A stretch of 64,000 nt of DNA from Pseudomonadota bacterium (GCA_036155675.1 JAYZVL010000041.1:1961-65960); one strand, 5' to 3'; positions 40,047-51,850 are shown, counted from the stretch's first letter. A program made the numbers and translations. Notes: a model not told the origin generated them from the sequence alone.

Positions 40047-40883
40047 TTAAATATTGTTTAGATATTTAGTGAGTATATCTTCACCCCAAAGTAATGAAAT
40101 AAGTCCCGCCATGCTTAAGAATGGCCCGAAGGGAATAGGGCTATCCCGATCATTAACTTTTAATTTAATTATTATCAATCCAATTAAAGTGCCAATTGAG
40201 GCAGATAATAAAATGATCAGAGGTAACATCTGCCACCCAAGCCATGCACCCAAGGCAGCGAGGAGTTTAAAATCACCATACCCAATACCTTCCTTACCAG
40301 TAAAAAATCTAAATAACCAGTAAACGCTCCAAAGGCTCAAGTACCCTAACATTGCTCCAATTATGCTCGATTGGAGATCTGGGTAAGGTAAATTTGGTTC
40401 TAGAGGATAAAATAAAGCTAGAGTAATCCCAGACCATAAAAGCATAAAATTTAAACGATCGGGCAATATTTGATGCTCTAAATCAATCAAGCTTAAGCTA
40501 ATTAGTATCCAAATCAGGAAAAGCCCCGCCAATGCTGCCGGAGTAATGCCAAATTTCCAGACTATTAATCCTGACAGCAATCCAGTCAAGATTTCAACTA
40601 AAGGATAACGCAAACTAATCCTTTCTTCGCAATGGTGACATTTGCCTTTAAGAAGCAACCAACTTATTACAGGTATATTTTGCCAGATCTGAATTTTATA
40701 ATTACATATAGGACATCTAGAGCTAGGAGTTATAAGGTTAAATGCTTCTAAATCAATTTTACTTTTATTGCTATCGGTATCGTTAATTTTGTTTTCTATC
40801 ATGATGGGTAATCGATAGGCGAGAACATTTAGAAAACTTCCCACAATCAAACCAAGAAAAATTCCTCCAACAATGATTAGCAT
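40047..40883 (-). CDS. pilD: prepilin peptidase / N-methyltransferase PilD
   Basis: GSFLNVLAYRLP, cysteine pairs CPICNYKI and CHHCEERI, aspartyl-protease region GYGDFKLLAALGAWLGW. Confidence 0.9.
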   Translation of the reverse strand: MLIIVGGIFLGLIVGSFLNVLAYRLPIMIENKINDTDSNKSKIDLEAFNLITPSSRCPICNYKIQIWQNIPVISWLLLKGKCHHCEERISLRYPLVEILTGLLSGLIVWKFGITPAALAGLFLIWILISLSLIDLEHQILPDRLNFMLLWSGITLALFYPLEPNLPYPDLQSSIIGAMLGYLSLWSVYWLFRFFTGKEGIGYGDFKLLAALGAWLGWQMLPLIILLSASIGTLIGLIIIKLKVNDRDSPIPFGPFLSMAGLISLLWGEDILTKYLNNI

Positions 40884-40928
40884 GTTCTATTCCAGTATTT
40901 ACAAATATTTATAAAGATTCATAGTGAA

Positions 40929-41372
40929 TTAACGACAATATTGAGGCCGATAACGTTGTGGAACAGTAGTTTCCAATCGATTTCCACAAGACCAGCTTAA
41001 ATTCTTCTTAGGCATAATTTTTGGAATTAGCGTAATGACGGCATCAGAAATTGTGGGGTTTGATTGGTTGCCAAAAGTTAGAATAATGCTGCCATCGATA
41101 ATATCTATTGATTTTACATTATCAGATGTCATGATCGTTTCAACACTTAAGTCAAGGTCTTCGTGGCTAAGTGGTAAATCACCATGTATTTTGTGATGCT
41201 TATTGATTAATTGTTTTATATTATCAGTTATTTCAAGACCTTCCATAATTTGGCTTCTGATAACATACGTCCGAAAAGTATTCATAACAATAACTGTAAG
41301 AAGCAGAAGGATTGTAATTCCAATTATTAGCTCTATTAGAGTAAAACCTGATTGCTGGTTAACAGTTCGCAT
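40929..41372 (-). CDS. type IVa pilin (PilA-like)
   Basis: Short leader MRTVNQQSG / FTLIELIIGITILLLL (class III signal, G-1, E+5). C-terminal disulfide loop WSCGNRLETTVPQRYRPQYCR. Start taken at the internal ATG 41372 rather than the track start 41402. Confidence 0.85.
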   Translation of the reverse strand: MRTVNQQSGFTLIELIIGITILLLLTVIVMNTFRTYVIRSQIMEGLEITDNIKQLINKHHKIHGDLPLSHEDLDLSVETIMTSDNVKSIDIIDGSIILTFGNQSNPTISDAVITLIPKIMPKKNLSWSCGNRLETTVPQRYRPQYCR

Positions 41373-41535
41373 AATTACTCTTTTGTTGATCTCCAGGCTC
41401 ATGCTACCTTATTTTATAATAGGTTTATCTGAAGTCTACTTTAACGGACAATAGCGTTGACAGAATAGTTTTGAATCATAAACTCAAGCTTACATTGATT
41501 GGATAAGCTTGCTATAAAAAAAGGAAGTATTTTTA

Positions 41536-42702
41536 ATGAATTTGCATGAGTATCAAGCAAAGCAACTTTTTGCCCGATTTGCTATACCTGTTTCCAGTGG
41601 TGAGGTTGCGGATTCTCCCAGAGGTGCGCGAAGTGCTGCTGCAACTTTAGGTGGAAATCTTTGGGTCGTTAAATCTCAGATTCATGCTGGTGGTCGCGGT
41701 AAATCTGGGGGTATTAAGCTCGCAAAAAATCTTAATGAAGTTCAAGAAGCTGCAGCTTCAATGTTGGGACGACGCCTAGTTACTAAACAGACTAGCAAGG
41801 AAGGTTTACCTATAAACCAAGTATTTATTGAAGCTGCGAGCGATATTAAACGGGAGTTATATTTAAGCATTATTATTGATAGGAAGACCGAGTGTATTAC
41901 ATTTATTGCATCACCTATGGGAGGTATGGATATTGAACAAGTTGCAATTGAAACTCCTGAAAAGATATTTAGCATTTCAATTAATCCAGCTGTTAATCTT
42001 CAACCATATCAAGTAAGACAACTCGGATTTAACTTGGATCTAAATGAGTCGCAATTAAAGCAATTTAGTGTAATTTGTAAAAATTTATATAAATTATTTC
42101 AAGAATGTGACTTAAGTCTCTTAGAAATTAATCCATTAATTGTTAATAGCGCCGGCGATTTATTAGCTTTAGATGCCAAAATTAATATTGATGACAACGC
42201 ACTATTTCGTCACCCTGATCTTGTTGCCATGCGAGATTCAAGCCAAGAAGATGAAACAGAAAGCCGCGCAGCAGCGCATGATTTAAATTACGTTACTTTA
42301 GATGGAAATATTGCCTGCATGGTAAATGGGGCTGGTCTTGCTATGGCTACGATGGATCTTATTAAGCTTGAGGGCGGAGATCCGGCAAATTTTCTAGATG
42401 TAGGTGGGGGTGCTACCCCCAACAGAGTGTCAGAGGCCTTCAAGTTAATTCTCTCAAACCATCAAGTTGAAGCTATTCTGGTGAATATTTTTGGTGGAAT
42501 TGTACGTTGCGATCTAATTGCTGAAGGAATAATTCAGGCTGTTAGAGATGTTAATGTTAGTGTTCCAGTTGTCGTAAGGTTGGAGGGAACTAATGTTAAA
42601 AAAGGCAAGGCTATCTTGGCTGAAAATGACTTGGATATTATCGCAGCTGAAGATTTGACTGATGCTGCTAGAAAAGTAGTTTTAGCTGTAACACAAAAAT
42701 AA
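41536..42702 (+). CDS. sucC: succinate--CoA ligase (ADP-forming) beta subunit
   Basis: [51 protein letters not shown]. Confidence 0.95.
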   Translation: MNLHEYQAKQLFARFAIPVSSGEVADSPRGARSAAATLGGNLWVVKSQIHAGGRGKSGGIKLAKNLNEVQEAAASMLGRRLVTKQTSKEGLPINQVFIEAASDIKRELYLSIIIDRKTECITFIASPMGGMDIEQVAIETPEKIFSISINPAVNLQPYQVRQLGFNLDLNESQLKQFSVICKNLYKLFQECDLSLLEINPLIVNSAGDLLALDAKINIDDNALFRHPDLVAMRDSSQEDETESRAAAHDLNYVTLDGNIACMVNGAGLAMATMDLIKLEGGDPANFLDVGGGATPNRVSEAFKLILSNHQVEAILVNIFGGIVRCDLIAEGIIQAVRDVNVSVPVVVRLEGTNVKKGKAILAENDLDIIAAEDLTDAARKVVLAVTQK

Positions 42703-42714
42703 CACGGAAAATAA

Positions 42715-43584
42715 ATGAGCATTCTGGTTAACAAAGACTCTAGAATTATTTGTCAGGGGATAACAGGTCAGCAGGGTTCTTTTCATGCATCCCAATGTAT
42801 TGAATACGGTAGCAATTTAGTTGCTGGTGTAACTCCTGGGCGCGGTGGAGAAAATCATCTTGATCTACCGGTTTTTAATTCTGCTCACGATGCAGTTTCA
42901 GAAACTGGTGCAGATGTGAGTATGATTTATGTCCCAGCACCTTTTGCTGCAGATGCAATTCTTGAGGCGGCTGATTCAGGAATAAAAGTTATTGTTTGCA
43001 TCACAGAAGGCATACCGGTGCACGATATGGTTCGTGTGAAAGCAGGATTGAGCAATTATGATTGCAGGCTTATTGGTCCAAATTGTCCTGGAATTATTAC
43101 TCCAGGAGAAACTAAGATAGGGATCATGCCAGGAAATATTCATAAACCAGGTTGCATTGGAATAATTTCACGTTCCGGTACTTTAACTTATGAGGCTGTA
43201 TTTCAGACAACAAATAATGGGCTGGGACAAACAACTTGTGTTGGTATTGGCGGGGATCCTTTAAAAGGTATGAGTTTTATTGACTGCCTTGAATTATTTG
43301 AGAATGATGATGCCACTGAAGGCATCATCATGGTGGGAGAAATTGGCGGCACGGATGAAGAAGTTGCTGCTGAATATATAAAGGACTCTGTAAGTAAGCC
43401 CGTGCTATCTTACATTGCTGGTTTAACTGCACCCCCGGGTAAAAGAATGGGACATGCAGGTGCAATTATTTCTGGGGGTGAAGGGTCGGCTTTTGATAAG
43501 TTTGCCGCACTTGAAGCCGCTGGAGTGAAAACAGTTCGATCTCCAGCAGAGCTTGGCAGTAGGATGTTAGAGTATCTACGTTAA
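42715..43584 (+). CDS. sucD: succinate--CoA ligase alpha subunit
   Basis: [28 protein letters not shown], catalytic His region MGHAGAII. Confidence 0.95.
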   Translation: MSILVNKDSRIICQGITGQQGSFHASQCIEYGSNLVAGVTPGRGGENHLDLPVFNSAHDAVSETGADVSMIYVPAPFAADAILEAADSGIKVIVCITEGIPVHDMVRVKAGLSNYDCRLIGPNCPGIITPGETKIGIMPGNIHKPGCIGIISRSGTLTYEAVFQTTNNGLGQTTCVGIGGDPLKGMSFIDCLELFENDDATEGIIMVGEIGGTDEEVAAEYIKDSVSKPVLSYIAGLTAPPGKRMGHAGAIISGGEGSAFDKFAALEAAGVKTVRSPAELGSRMLEYLR

Positions 43585-43628
43585 AGCCTTTTATTTGAAA
43601 GCCAGAAAATTGAATCTCTAAAATATTC

Positions 43629-45266
43629 ATGAGTAATTGTTTAAGAATTTCCTTGGCGCAACTTAATTTGATGGTAGGCGATGTACCCGCCAATACCGCA
43701 AAAATAATTTCAACGATTGAGCGTGCAAGATTAGACCATCATTCGGATTTAGTTGTTTTCCAGGAGCTCTCTCTTTGTGGCTACCCTCCTGAAGATTTAC
43801 TTTTTCATTCTGGTATGAGTAATCGAGTAGCTGATGCAATTAATAAAATAAAGCAAGCATCCAGTGGTATTGCGATTGTAATTGGTTACCCAGAATATTC
43901 TGAAGATAAAATTTATAATTCTGCTATGTGGATAGAAGATGGAGAAATTAAAGGTAATTATCGTAAGCGTTGTTTACCTAATTATGGTGTTTTTGATGAA
44001 CGCCGATATTTTTCGATCGGGAACGAAGCGCTTGTATTGACAGCTAAGGGCGTACCCTTAGGAATCACAATATGTGAAGATATATGGGAATCTATTGATG
44101 CCGCTCAGGATGCTGTTAGAAATGGCGCTAAACTAATCCTGTCAATAAATGGCTCACCCTTCCAATTAAATAAACAAAAGGAGCGCGAAGAGCTTTTAGC
44201 GAGCCGATCTTTAGATTTAGGCGTGCCAATCCTTTATCAGAATATGGTTGGAGGACAGGACGAATTGATCTTTGATGGTGGTTCGTGTGTTGTTAATCAG
44301 TCGGGTGAAATTTTATTGCGGGCCCCAGCATTTGATGAATCTATTATTTTTGCTGATTTTAATATTATAAAAGATAGTTCAATACAGGCTTTGCCGGGAG
44401 AAATAACCCCATTGCTTAATGCGAGTCAGAATATCTATAAGGCTATAGTCTCAGCAGTTCGAGACTATGTAACCAAGAATGGTTTTGAGGGAGTAGTCCT
44501 AGGTTTATCAGGAGGAATTGATTCAGCTCTTGTGCTTACTATTGCAGTTGATGCTCTAGGGGCAGATGCAGTAAAGGCAATTATGATGCCCTATCTCTAT
44601 ACATCTGAGAATAGTATTCAAGACGCTCAGATGCAGGCGAACCTTTTGAATGTTGAGTTTTCCCTATTGCCAATAGACGAAATGGTTAAGGCCAGTAATC
44701 AGATCCTTAATGATGTCTTTGATGGATTACCTTTGGATAAGACCGAAGAGAATATTCAAGCTAGATGCCGTGGAATTTTATTAATGGCTATTTCCAATAA
44801 AACTGGAAGAATGTTATTGACCACTGGTAATAAGAGCGAAATGGCAGTTGGCTATGCAACTCTTTATGGCGATATGGCTGGAGGCTTTGCGCCTATTAAG
44901 GATTGTTCTAAGACTCTAGTTTATGAGCTCGCTCGTTACCGAAATAGTATTTCTGAGGCAATACCCCAAAGGGTTATAGATCGGGAACCTTCTGCCGAAT
45001 TAAGACCAAACCAGAAAGATAGCGATTCCTTACCTCCCTATGAAGTTCTTGATCCCATTCTTGATGCATTGATGATAGAGGATTTATCTGTTGATGAAAT
45101 TGCCTCAAGGGGATTTGATCACAATGTAGTAGGTGCTATTTTAGATATGGTCCGGAGAAATGAATATAAACGTCGTCAATCGACACCAGGAGTCAGAATT
45201 AGTGACAGGGCATTTGGTAGAGATTGGCGCTATCCAATTACTTCAGGTTATGGAAGATCGAAATAG
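43629..45266 (+). CDS. nadE: glutamine-dependent NAD+ synthetase NadE (CN-hydrolase + synthetase)
   Basis: N-terminal nitrilase-like domain (FQELSLCGYPPEDL, ICEDIW). C-terminal PP-loop GLSGGIDSAL. 545 aa. Confidence 0.9.
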   Translation: MSNCLRISLAQLNLMVGDVPANTAKIISTIERARLDHHSDLVVFQELSLCGYPPEDLLFHSGMSNRVADAINKIKQASSGIAIVIGYPEYSEDKIYNSAMWIEDGEIKGNYRKRCLPNYGVFDERRYFSIGNEALVLTAKGVPLGITICEDIWESIDAAQDAVRNGAKLILSINGSPFQLNKQKEREELLASRSLDLGVPILYQNMVGGQDELIFDGGSCVVNQSGEILLRAPAFDESIIFADFNIIKDSSIQALPGEITPLLNASQNIYKAIVSAVRDYVTKNGFEGVVLGLSGGIDSALVLTIAVDALGADAVKAIMMPYLYTSENSIQDAQMQANLLNVEFSLLPIDEMVKASNQILNDVFDGLPLDKTEENIQARCRGILLMAISNKTGRMLLTTGNKSEMAVGYATLYGDMAGGFAPIKDCSKTLVYELARYRNSISEAIPQRVIDREPSAELRPNQKDSDSLPPYEVLDPILDALMIEDLSVDEIASRGFDHNVVGAILDMVRRNEYKRRQSTPGVRISDRAFGRDWRYPITSGYGRSK

Positions 45267-45283
45267 TAACTGTATATTGAGAA

Positions 45284-46117
45284 TTATAAAAACCTTTCCC
45301 AGAATTTGAACCATGGTTCATCTTGCGCTTCTACATCCTTAATTATTTTATTTGGATAGCTCTGTTTAAGCACTCTTTCGGTATCATTTGCAAGATCATT
45401 CATTCCTAATTTTTGGTAGGCGGTAACTAAAATTGATAACGTATCTGATGTTGTGGGTGATCCATCGTAAGTTTCTATCGTGTAAGTAGCTCGATTTATT
45501 GCTGCAGCATAAGCGCCTCGTTCAAGATAAAAATTAGCAACATAATTTTCATGTTCAGCAAGACGATTCCGCAGGAAAATCATTCTCTGCCTAGCATCTG
45601 GGGCATATCTGCTATTAGGGTATCTTCTTATTAGCTCAGCAAAAACAGAAAATGAATTCTCAGCATCTTTTGGCGGACGCATAGCAAGAGAGACATCAAA
45701 CCATCGGTGATAAAAACTTTCTTCACCAGAGAATAAAGCCATACCACGCATATAAAGACTATAGTCTACGCGAGGATGAGTGGGATTCTCTCTTGCAAAT
45801 TGTCTTGCAGCATCGATGACTGATTCCGGTTGTTTATTTCGATAGTAAGCATAAATCAAATCAATTTGGCCTTGACGAGCTAGGTTGCTAAAAGGAAACC
45901 GGGCTTCAAGTGCTTCGTAATAAAATATTGCATTATTAAAATCGCCGCCATTAAGAGCATTTTTTGCGCGATCATAGAGCTGTTCTGCGCCAGATTGGAC
46001 TTCATCCAATTCTTCGTCACCGAAAAAGAAGCACCCAAATAGAGATGAAAAGACAATTACAAGAAAAAGTAATTTCACACGCTGATAAAAATTTATAAGA
46101 GTTGTTTTAGATTTCAT
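45284..46117 (-). CDS. bamD: outer membrane protein assembly factor BamD
   Basis: Lipobox SSLFGC and TPR-like repeats (AIFYYEALEARFPFS, YAYYRNKQ). Divergent from rluD, as in E. coli. Confidence 0.85.
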   Translation of the reverse strand: MKSKTTLINFYQRVKLLFLVIVFSSLFGCFFFGDEELDEVQSGAEQLYDRAKNALNGGDFNNAIFYYEALEARFPFSNLARQGQIDLIYAYYRNKQPESVIDAARQFARENPTHPRVDYSLYMRGMALFSGEESFYHRWFDVSLAMRPPKDAENSFSVFAELIRRYPNSRYAPDARQRMIFLRNRLAEHENYVANFYLERGAYAAAINRATYTIETYDGSPTTSDTLSILVTAYQKLGMNDLANDTERVLKQSYPNKIIKDVEAQDEPWFKFWERFL

Positions 46118-46235
46118 TTATATAAATAATTTATAACAATAAGATGAGTAAATATTCTTGATTAATGGTGGAAGTATAGCCTAAAGTTTTTAAATACTGT
46201 TGTATCGTTTAATACACCATATAGAATAAATTAAT

Positions 46236-47213
46236 ATGTCAGCAAAAAAATTAGAAGCTAGGATCAGCGAGGACTTCAATGGTAAGCGTTTCGATAAGGC
46301 GCTAGCTCAAATATTTCCTGATTTTTCTCGTGCGCGTCTTCAAGATTGGATAAAGCAAGAAAAGGCTTTGCTTGATGGTAATCCAGCGCAGCCAAGTACT
46401 AGGGTTAAATTCGGACAATTTGTTGAACTTAGTGTTGAGTTTGATCCAATTGCTGCTTCAGAGGGTCAAGCAATTCCCTTGGAGGTAGTTTTTGAAGATG
46501 AACATCTTTTAGTCATTAATAAGCCCTCTGGGTTGGTTGTGCACCCTGGGGCAGGTAATCCGACTGGTACACTTATGAACGGGTTGCTTCATTATTATCC
46601 TGAACTCAGAACTGTTCCTCGCGCTGGGATTATTCATCGACTTGATAAAGATACGACTGGATTAATACTTATTGCTCGTAATTTGTTTGCTCACAATCTA
46701 TTAGTGAAGAGTTTGGAAGGAAGGTTGATTCGTAGAGAATACAGAGCAATCTGCAATGATCGATTAGTGGCAGGTGATATGATCGATGCGCCAATAGGAC
46801 GCGATCCTAATCATCGAACAAGAATGAAGGTTATTTCTAACGGTAAACCAGCAGTAACAAACTATCGAGTGCTGGCAAGGTTTAGAAAACATAGTTTTAT
46901 TGGAATTAGACTAGAATCTGGGCGCACTCATCAAATCAGAGTACACATGTCCTATGTGAATTGCCCTTTAGTCGGTGACCCCTTGTATGGTGGTAGGTTG
47001 CGCGTGCCTTCTGGAGCAAGTAATCAGTTGACTGAAGTATTGCAAAGTTTTAAACGGCAGGCTTTGCATGCTTTCCAGCTTGAGTTCAAGCATCCTAATA
47101 ATGGAGAGCTTCTGGAGTTTGAGGCACCTCTTCCATTGGATCTTTTGAGTCTTTTAAATGCACTTTCACCAGAGAGTAATCTTAATTATTCTGCAATGCG
47201 ATGGCCAGAATAA
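46236..47213 (+). CDS. rluD: 23S rRNA pseudouridine(1911/1915/1917) synthase RluD
   Basis: S4-like N-terminus and catalytic motif HRLDKDTTGLILIARN, GRTHQIRVHM. Confidence 0.9.
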   Translation: MSAKKLEARISEDFNGKRFDKALAQIFPDFSRARLQDWIKQEKALLDGNPAQPSTRVKFGQFVELSVEFDPIAASEGQAIPLEVVFEDEHLLVINKPSGLVVHPGAGNPTGTLMNGLLHYYPELRTVPRAGIIHRLDKDTTGLILIARNLFAHNLLVKSLEGRLIRREYRAICNDRLVAGDMIDAPIGRDPNHRTRMKVISNGKPAVTNYRVLARFRKHSFIGIRLESGRTHQIRVHMSYVNCPLVGDPLYGGRLRVPSGASNQLTEVLQSFKRQALHAFQLEFKHPNNGELLEFEAPLPLDLLSLLNALSPESNLNYSAMRWPE

Positions 47214-47962
47214 TGACTAAAAAATTAGATTTTATTCAGCCAGATTGGCCGGCGCCAAAAGTTGTAAGGGCTTTGACAACTACTAGAGCAGGTGGTTTTA
47301 GTCAGGGTAACTATGCTGCACTTAACCTTGCTGACAATGTCGAAGATATTTCTCTTAATGTAGAAAGAAATCGAAATTATCTTCTTAAAAAATTAAATCT
47401 CTTGAAAGATCCATCATGGTTAAGGCAGGTGCACAGCTCTAGGGTTGTTTGTGCTGATGATGTTAATTCTCAAACTGAGGCCGATGCTTCATGGACGAGT
47501 CAGGCTGGGCTATCATGTGTAATATTAACTGCAGATTGTCTTCCTGTTCTATTTTGCGATAAAAATGCTGAAATTGTTGCTGCAGCTCATGTTGGTTGGA
47601 GAGGTATGCATGCGGGTATTTTAGAGAATACTCTTTCAATATTTACTATGGCTGGCATTTTACCCAGCAATGTGATGGTTTGGTTGGGTCCTTCGATTAG
47701 TTCAAATTATTATGAAATTGATTCATCCGTTAGAGATGTATTTATTGCAACTGATCCATCTTGCAGTTATCTTTTTAAGCCTACACGTAAGGGCCACTGG
47801 AATTTTAATTTATTTAAAATGGCATCTCGAATCCTATATTTAAGTGGTGTAGGAAGTATTACTGGTGGTAATTATTGTACTTACCTCGACCAGCGGTTTT
47901 TCTCCTATCGCCGTGACAATCTATGCGGTCGTCAAGCAACAATGATTTGGCTCGATAGTTAA
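47201..47962 (+). CDS. pgeF: peptidoglycan editing factor PgeF (YfiH family)
   Basis: TTTRAGGFSQGNYAALNL, LTADCLPVLF, AAHVGWRG. Downstream of rluD. Start at 47201 or the TAATG-coupled 47213. Confidence 0.85.
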   Translation: MARIMTKKLDFIQPDWPAPKVVRALTTTRAGGFSQGNYAALNLADNVEDISLNVERNRNYLLKKLNLLKDPSWLRQVHSSRVVCADDVNSQTEADASWTSQAGLSCVILTADCLPVLFCDKNAEIVAAAHVGWRGMHAGILENTLSIFTMAGILPSNVMVWLGPSISSNYYEIDSSVRDVFIATDPSCSYLFKPTRKGHWNFNLFKMASRILYLSGVGSITGGNYCTYLDQRFFSYRRDNLCGRQATMIWLDS

Positions 47963-48034
47963 TTATGAAGTCTTGATTCTAATAAACGATGGCCTTGAAA
48001 AAATCTGCATTATTCTAAATCAGTCAAATATAAA

Positions 48035-48064
48035 CCTTGAATTTATACTATTGAGTCATCATAT
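48035..48064 (+). promoter_or_regulatory. candidate sigma32 heat-shock promoter of clpB
   Basis: CCTTGAA (48035-48041), about 14 nt, then TCATCATAT. Resembles the E. coli clpB CTTGAA-N14-CCTCATTT promoter. A second CCTTGAAA lies at 47993-48000. Weak -10 match. Confidence 0.3.
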
Positions 48065-48111
48065 CTTTTTATAAGATTAATAAGTTCTTATTTTTATTTT
48101 GGCTGAGTAAT

Positions 48112-50685
48112 ATGCGTATCGATAAATTAACAAGTAATTTCCAGAATGCACTTGCAGCAGCTCAATCATTGGCATTAGGTCAAAATCACCAATTTATCGA
48201 GCCGGTGCATTTGATGATTGCGCTAATGAGTGATCAGAATGGTACTGTTAAAAATTTACTCATTAAGGCCGGTTCGAATATTCATTCATTGCGTATGAGT
48301 TTAGAGGTAATCTTAGATCAGTTGGCAGAGGTTGATGGAGCTAGTGGTGAGATTCATCTTTCAAATAATTTACTTAAAATAATTAATATCTCAGACAAGC
48401 TCTCACAGGATAGGGGCGATAATTTTATTAGTACTGAGCTTTTTATTCTAGCTTTATATAAAAATGATAAACAGTTTAGTAAAATTTTTAGAGATTCAGG
48501 AATTAAAATATCCTCATTGGAAGAGGCAATAGATATTGTTCGTGACGGCTCTTTGATCAGAGATCCTAATGCAGAAGATATGCGCCAAGCCTTGGAAAAA
48601 TTCACTATTGATCTAACGGCTTCTGCTGAACGGGGTAAGCTTGATCCAATTATTGGCCGCGATCAAGAAATTCGTCGCACTATCCAGATTTTGCAACGAC
48701 GCACTAAAAATAATCCTGTCTTAATTGGAGAGCCTGGCGTAGGCAAAACTGCAATCATTGAGGGCCTTGCGCAACGGATTGTTAATGGTGAAGTGCCAGA
48801 AGGACTTAAAGGGAAACGCATTTTATCCCTAGACTTAGGCTCATTGATAGCAGGAGCAAAATTTCGTGGTGATTTTGAAGAACGGCTTAAGGCCGTTTTA
48901 AATGATTTGGCGCGACAGGAAGGCCAAATAATTTTATTTATTGATGAATTACATACTATGGTAGGCGCTGGTAAAGGCGAAGGATCTTTAGATGCTGGCA
49001 ATATGCTCAAACCAGCACTTGCGAGGGGAGAGCTTCATTGTGTGGGAGCTACCACGCTTGATGAATTTCGGCAGGAAGTTGAGAAAGATGCTGCTCTTGA
49101 ACGCCGTTTTCAAAAGGTGTTAGTCGAAGAACCAACTGTTGAAGATACGATTGCAATTCTTCGAGGCCTTAAAGAAAGATACGAACTTCATCATGGGATT
49201 GATATTACTGATCCTGCAATTGTTAGTGCTGCAAAATTGTCTTATCGATATATTTCTGATAGACAATTACCTGATAAGGCAATTGATCTTATAGATGAGG
49301 CCGGATCAGCTATTAGGATGGAAATTGATTCTAAACCAGAAAGTATGGATAGGTTAGAACGCCGTATTATTCAGTTAAAAATTGAGAGAGAGGCTCTTAA
49401 TAAAGAAGAAGATCAAGCTTCTAAGAGGCGCTTATTAGATTTAGAAGATCAACTTGATGATTTGGAAAAACAATACTCTGATCTCGATGATGTTTGGAAG
49501 GCTGAAAAGGCTGCTTTGATTGGAACTGCTCACATAAAAGAAGGGCTGGAACAAGCTCGCTTGAGTCTAGAAACTGCGCGACGAGAACAGGATTTACAGA
49601 GAATGTCTGAATTACAGTATGGGCTTATACCCGAATTAAAGCATCAACTTCAAGAGGCAACTAAGGTTGAGAAGCATGACAATCAATTATTACGTAATCG
49701 TGTTACTGAAGAAGAAGTTGCTGAAGTTGTTTCACGTTGGACAGGAGTTCCCATTGCAAAAATGCTTGAAGGTGAGAAAACTAAGCTATTACGTATGGAG
49801 GAAAACATTTCCTCCAAATTAATCGGACAAAAGGAAGCCGTGCAATCTGTCGCGAATGCAATTCGGCGATCACGATCAGGACTTGCAGATTCTAATCGTC
49901 CAAATGGCTCCTTCTTATTTCTTGGGCCAACAGGAGTGGGTAAAACTGAATTAAGTAGAGTTCTTGCGGAATTTCTTTTCGATACTCAGGATTCAATGAT
50001 TAGAATCGATATGTCGGAGTTTATGGAAAAGCATTCAGTCGCAAGGCTGATTGGTGCTCCCCCAGGTTATATTGGTTATGAAGAGGGTGGTTATCTTACT
50101 GAAGCAATTAGACGCAAGCCCTATTCTCTTGTTTTGCTTGATGAAATTGAAAAGGCGCATCCAGATGTTTTCAATATATTGCTTCAAGTTTTGGATGATG
50201 GAAGATTAACTGATGGGCATGGACGGACTGTTGATTTTCGTAACACCGTGATTATTATGACATCTAACCTTGGTTCACAACAGGTTCAAAAATTAACTCA
50301 TAAAGATTACGATTTAATGAAATCTGCCGTTTTAAAAGTTGTCACGGAGCACTTCAAGCCCGAATTTATTAATAGGATTGATGATACCGTGGTTTTTCAT
50401 TCGCTTGATAAAAATGAAATTCGACAAATTGTTGAGATTCAGATTGCTTCTTTAAACATACGGTTAGCTGAAAGAGATATCAAACTTAATGTTGATGATG
50501 ATGCTATGGACTTAATAGCCGAAGTTGGTTTTGATTCCGTATACGGGGCTCGACTTTTAAAGCGAACAATACAACAACGTTTGGAAAACCCTCTAGCCGA
50601 GGCTTTACTTAAAAATCAGTACTTGCCTGGAGATAAAGTCAATGTAAATGTCAATAAAGACGAGCTTGTGTTTAGAAATACTTAA
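48112..50685 (+). CDS. clpB: ATP-dependent disaggregase ClpB
   Basis: Two AAA+ modules ([10 protein letters not shown] and [10 protein letters not shown]) and a long middle coiled coil. 857 aa. Confidence 0.97.
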   Translation: MRIDKLTSNFQNALAAAQSLALGQNHQFIEPVHLMIALMSDQNGTVKNLLIKAGSNIHSLRMSLEVILDQLAEVDGASGEIHLSNNLLKIINISDKLSQDRGDNFISTELFILALYKNDKQFSKIFRDSGIKISSLEEAIDIVRDGSLIRDPNAEDMRQALEKFTIDLTASAERGKLDPIIGRDQEIRRTIQILQRRTKNNPVLIGEPGVGKTAIIEGLAQRIVNGEVPEGLKGKRILSLDLGSLIAGAKFRGDFEERLKAVLNDLARQEGQIILFIDELHTMVGAGKGEGSLDAGNMLKPALARGELHCVGATTLDEFRQEVEKDAALERRFQKVLVEEPTVEDTIAILRGLKERYELHHGIDITDPAIVSAAKLSYRYISDRQLPDKAIDLIDEAGSAIRMEIDSKPESMDRLERRIIQLKIEREALNKEEDQASKRRLLDLEDQLDDLEKQYSDLDDVWKAEKAALIGTAHIKEGLEQARLSLETARREQDLQRMSELQYGLIPELKHQLQEATKVEKHDNQLLRNRVTEEEVAEVVSRWTGVPIAKMLEGEKTKLLRMEENISSKLIGQKEAVQSVANAIRRSRSGLADSNRPNGSFLFLGPTGVGKTELSRVLAEFLFDTQDSMIRIDMSEFMEKHSVARLIGAPPGYIGYEEGGYLTEAIRRKPYSLVLLDEIEKAHPDVFNILLQVLDDGRLTDGHGRTVDFRNTVIIMTSNLGSQQVQKLTHKDYDLMKSAVLKVVTEHFKPEFINRIDDTVVFHSLDKNEIRQIVEIQIASLNIRLAERDIKLNVDDDAMDLIAEVGFDSVYGARLLKRTIQQRLENPLAEALLKNQYLPGDKVNVNVNKDELVFRNT

Positions 50686-50779
50686 ATTAAGCTTAATAAC
50701 TTGCTTTTCTTCATTGGATTATTTAGATAATGCTTCGTTCTAGATGGAACTCTATTGAAATCTTAGATAGGTGGTTTTA

Positions 50780-51106
50780 ATGCCAATTTATGAGTATCAG
50801 TGTAAAACATGTCATCATGTATTTGATGCATTGCAGAAGATTAATGATGATCCTTTGACTGATTGTCCTGAATGCAATCAACCGAATCTTCGAAAGCTGT
50901 TATCGGCGCCAAATTTTCGCCTAAAGGGTGGAGGTTGGTATGAAACTGACTTTAAAGAAAGTAATAAACGTAATTTAGCTGGTGATAGTGGTAAACCAGA
51001 AACTAATAATGGTGAGAAAAAGACCGATAAAGCTAAGGAAGCTAAGACCTCAAAGCCAGATAAATCAAATAAAACTACCAAGAAAGTATCAGATAATGAA
51101 AAATAG
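50780..51106 (+). CDS. FmdB-family zinc-ribbon protein with Lys-rich tail
   Basis: MPIYEYQCKTCHHVFD...CPECN (CxxC...CxxC). Low-complexity basic C-terminus. ATG at 50780 preferred over GTG at 50771. Confidence 0.7.
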   Translation: MPIYEYQCKTCHHVFDALQKINDDPLTDCPECNQPNLRKLLSAPNFRLKGGGWYETDFKESNKRNLAGDSGKPETNNGEKKTDKAKEAKTSKPDKSNKTTKKVSDNEK

Positions 51107-51196
51107 TCTGAATGTCAAGATTAACTGTTGTGATAATCTATAATCTGTATTTCTTTTAGCTTTATGGTTTTAAGCTGAAATTTTTTAGGTATTACC

Positions 51197-51850
51197 ATGA
51201 AACGACTGCGAAGATATTTGGTAACTGGCTTACTAGTCTGGGTGCCGCTAGGAATAACTCTATTCTTGGGAAAGATCTTAGTAGGGTTTATGGATCAGAC
51301 TCTACTTTTATTGCCCCCATCCTCCCGTCCCGAAGCTTTATTTGGTTTTAATATTCCAGGATTAGGGATTGTGTTGGCATTTCTTGTGTTAATTGTCACA
51401 GGTTTGTTTACAGCAAATTTTCTTGGTCGTAGATTAGTAGATGCTTGGGAAAACCTTTTAAAAAGAATTCCTTTAGTGAGATCTGTTTATTCAGCAGCAA
51501 AAAGTTTTGCAGAAGTTATTCTAACTGATAGTACAGATTCTTTTAAAAAAGCGATGTTAATTGAATACCCAAGAAAAGGTCTTTACAGCATCTGTTTTCA
51601 AACTTCTACAGATCTTGCTGAGATTCAGGAACGAACAGATGAATCTGTAGTATGTGTGTTTGTTCCAACTACCCCCAATCCAACTTCAGGCGTTATGCTT
51701 ATGGTCCCAAAGGATGATGTAATAGTTTTAGATATGGAAGTTGAGGATGCGGTCAAAATGGTTGTTTCTTTAGGTGTTGTTGTCCCGGAGATGAAAGCCA
51801 ATCGAATCATAAAAGATTATGGAGCTGATTCCCCAAACCATGACTTATGA
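51197..51850 (+). CDS. DUF502-family membrane protein
   Basis: Two N-terminal TM helices (LVTGLLVWVPLGITLFL, GLGIVLAFLVLIVTGLF), then IPLVRSVYSAAK and PTTPNPTSG, as in DUF502 proteins. Confidence 0.65.
   Translation: MKRLRRYLVTGLLVWVPLGITLFLGKILVGFMDQTLLLLPPSSRPEALFGFNIPGLGIVLAFLVLIVTGLFTANFLGRRLVDAWENLLKRIPLVRSVYSAAKSFAEVILTDSTDSFKKAMLIEYPRKGLYSICFQTSTDLAEIQERTDESVVCVFVPTTPNPTSGVMLMVPKDDVIVLDMEVEDAVKMVVSLGVVVPEMKANRIIKDYGADSPNHDL

Noticed and set aside
41479-41500. Sigma54-like TGG...TTGC (TGGATAAGCTTGCT) in the pilin-sucC spacer
   Set aside because: The GG-to-GC spacing is one nt short of the -24/-12 consensus. The motif is on the plus strand, pointing at sucC rather than at the pilin gene.
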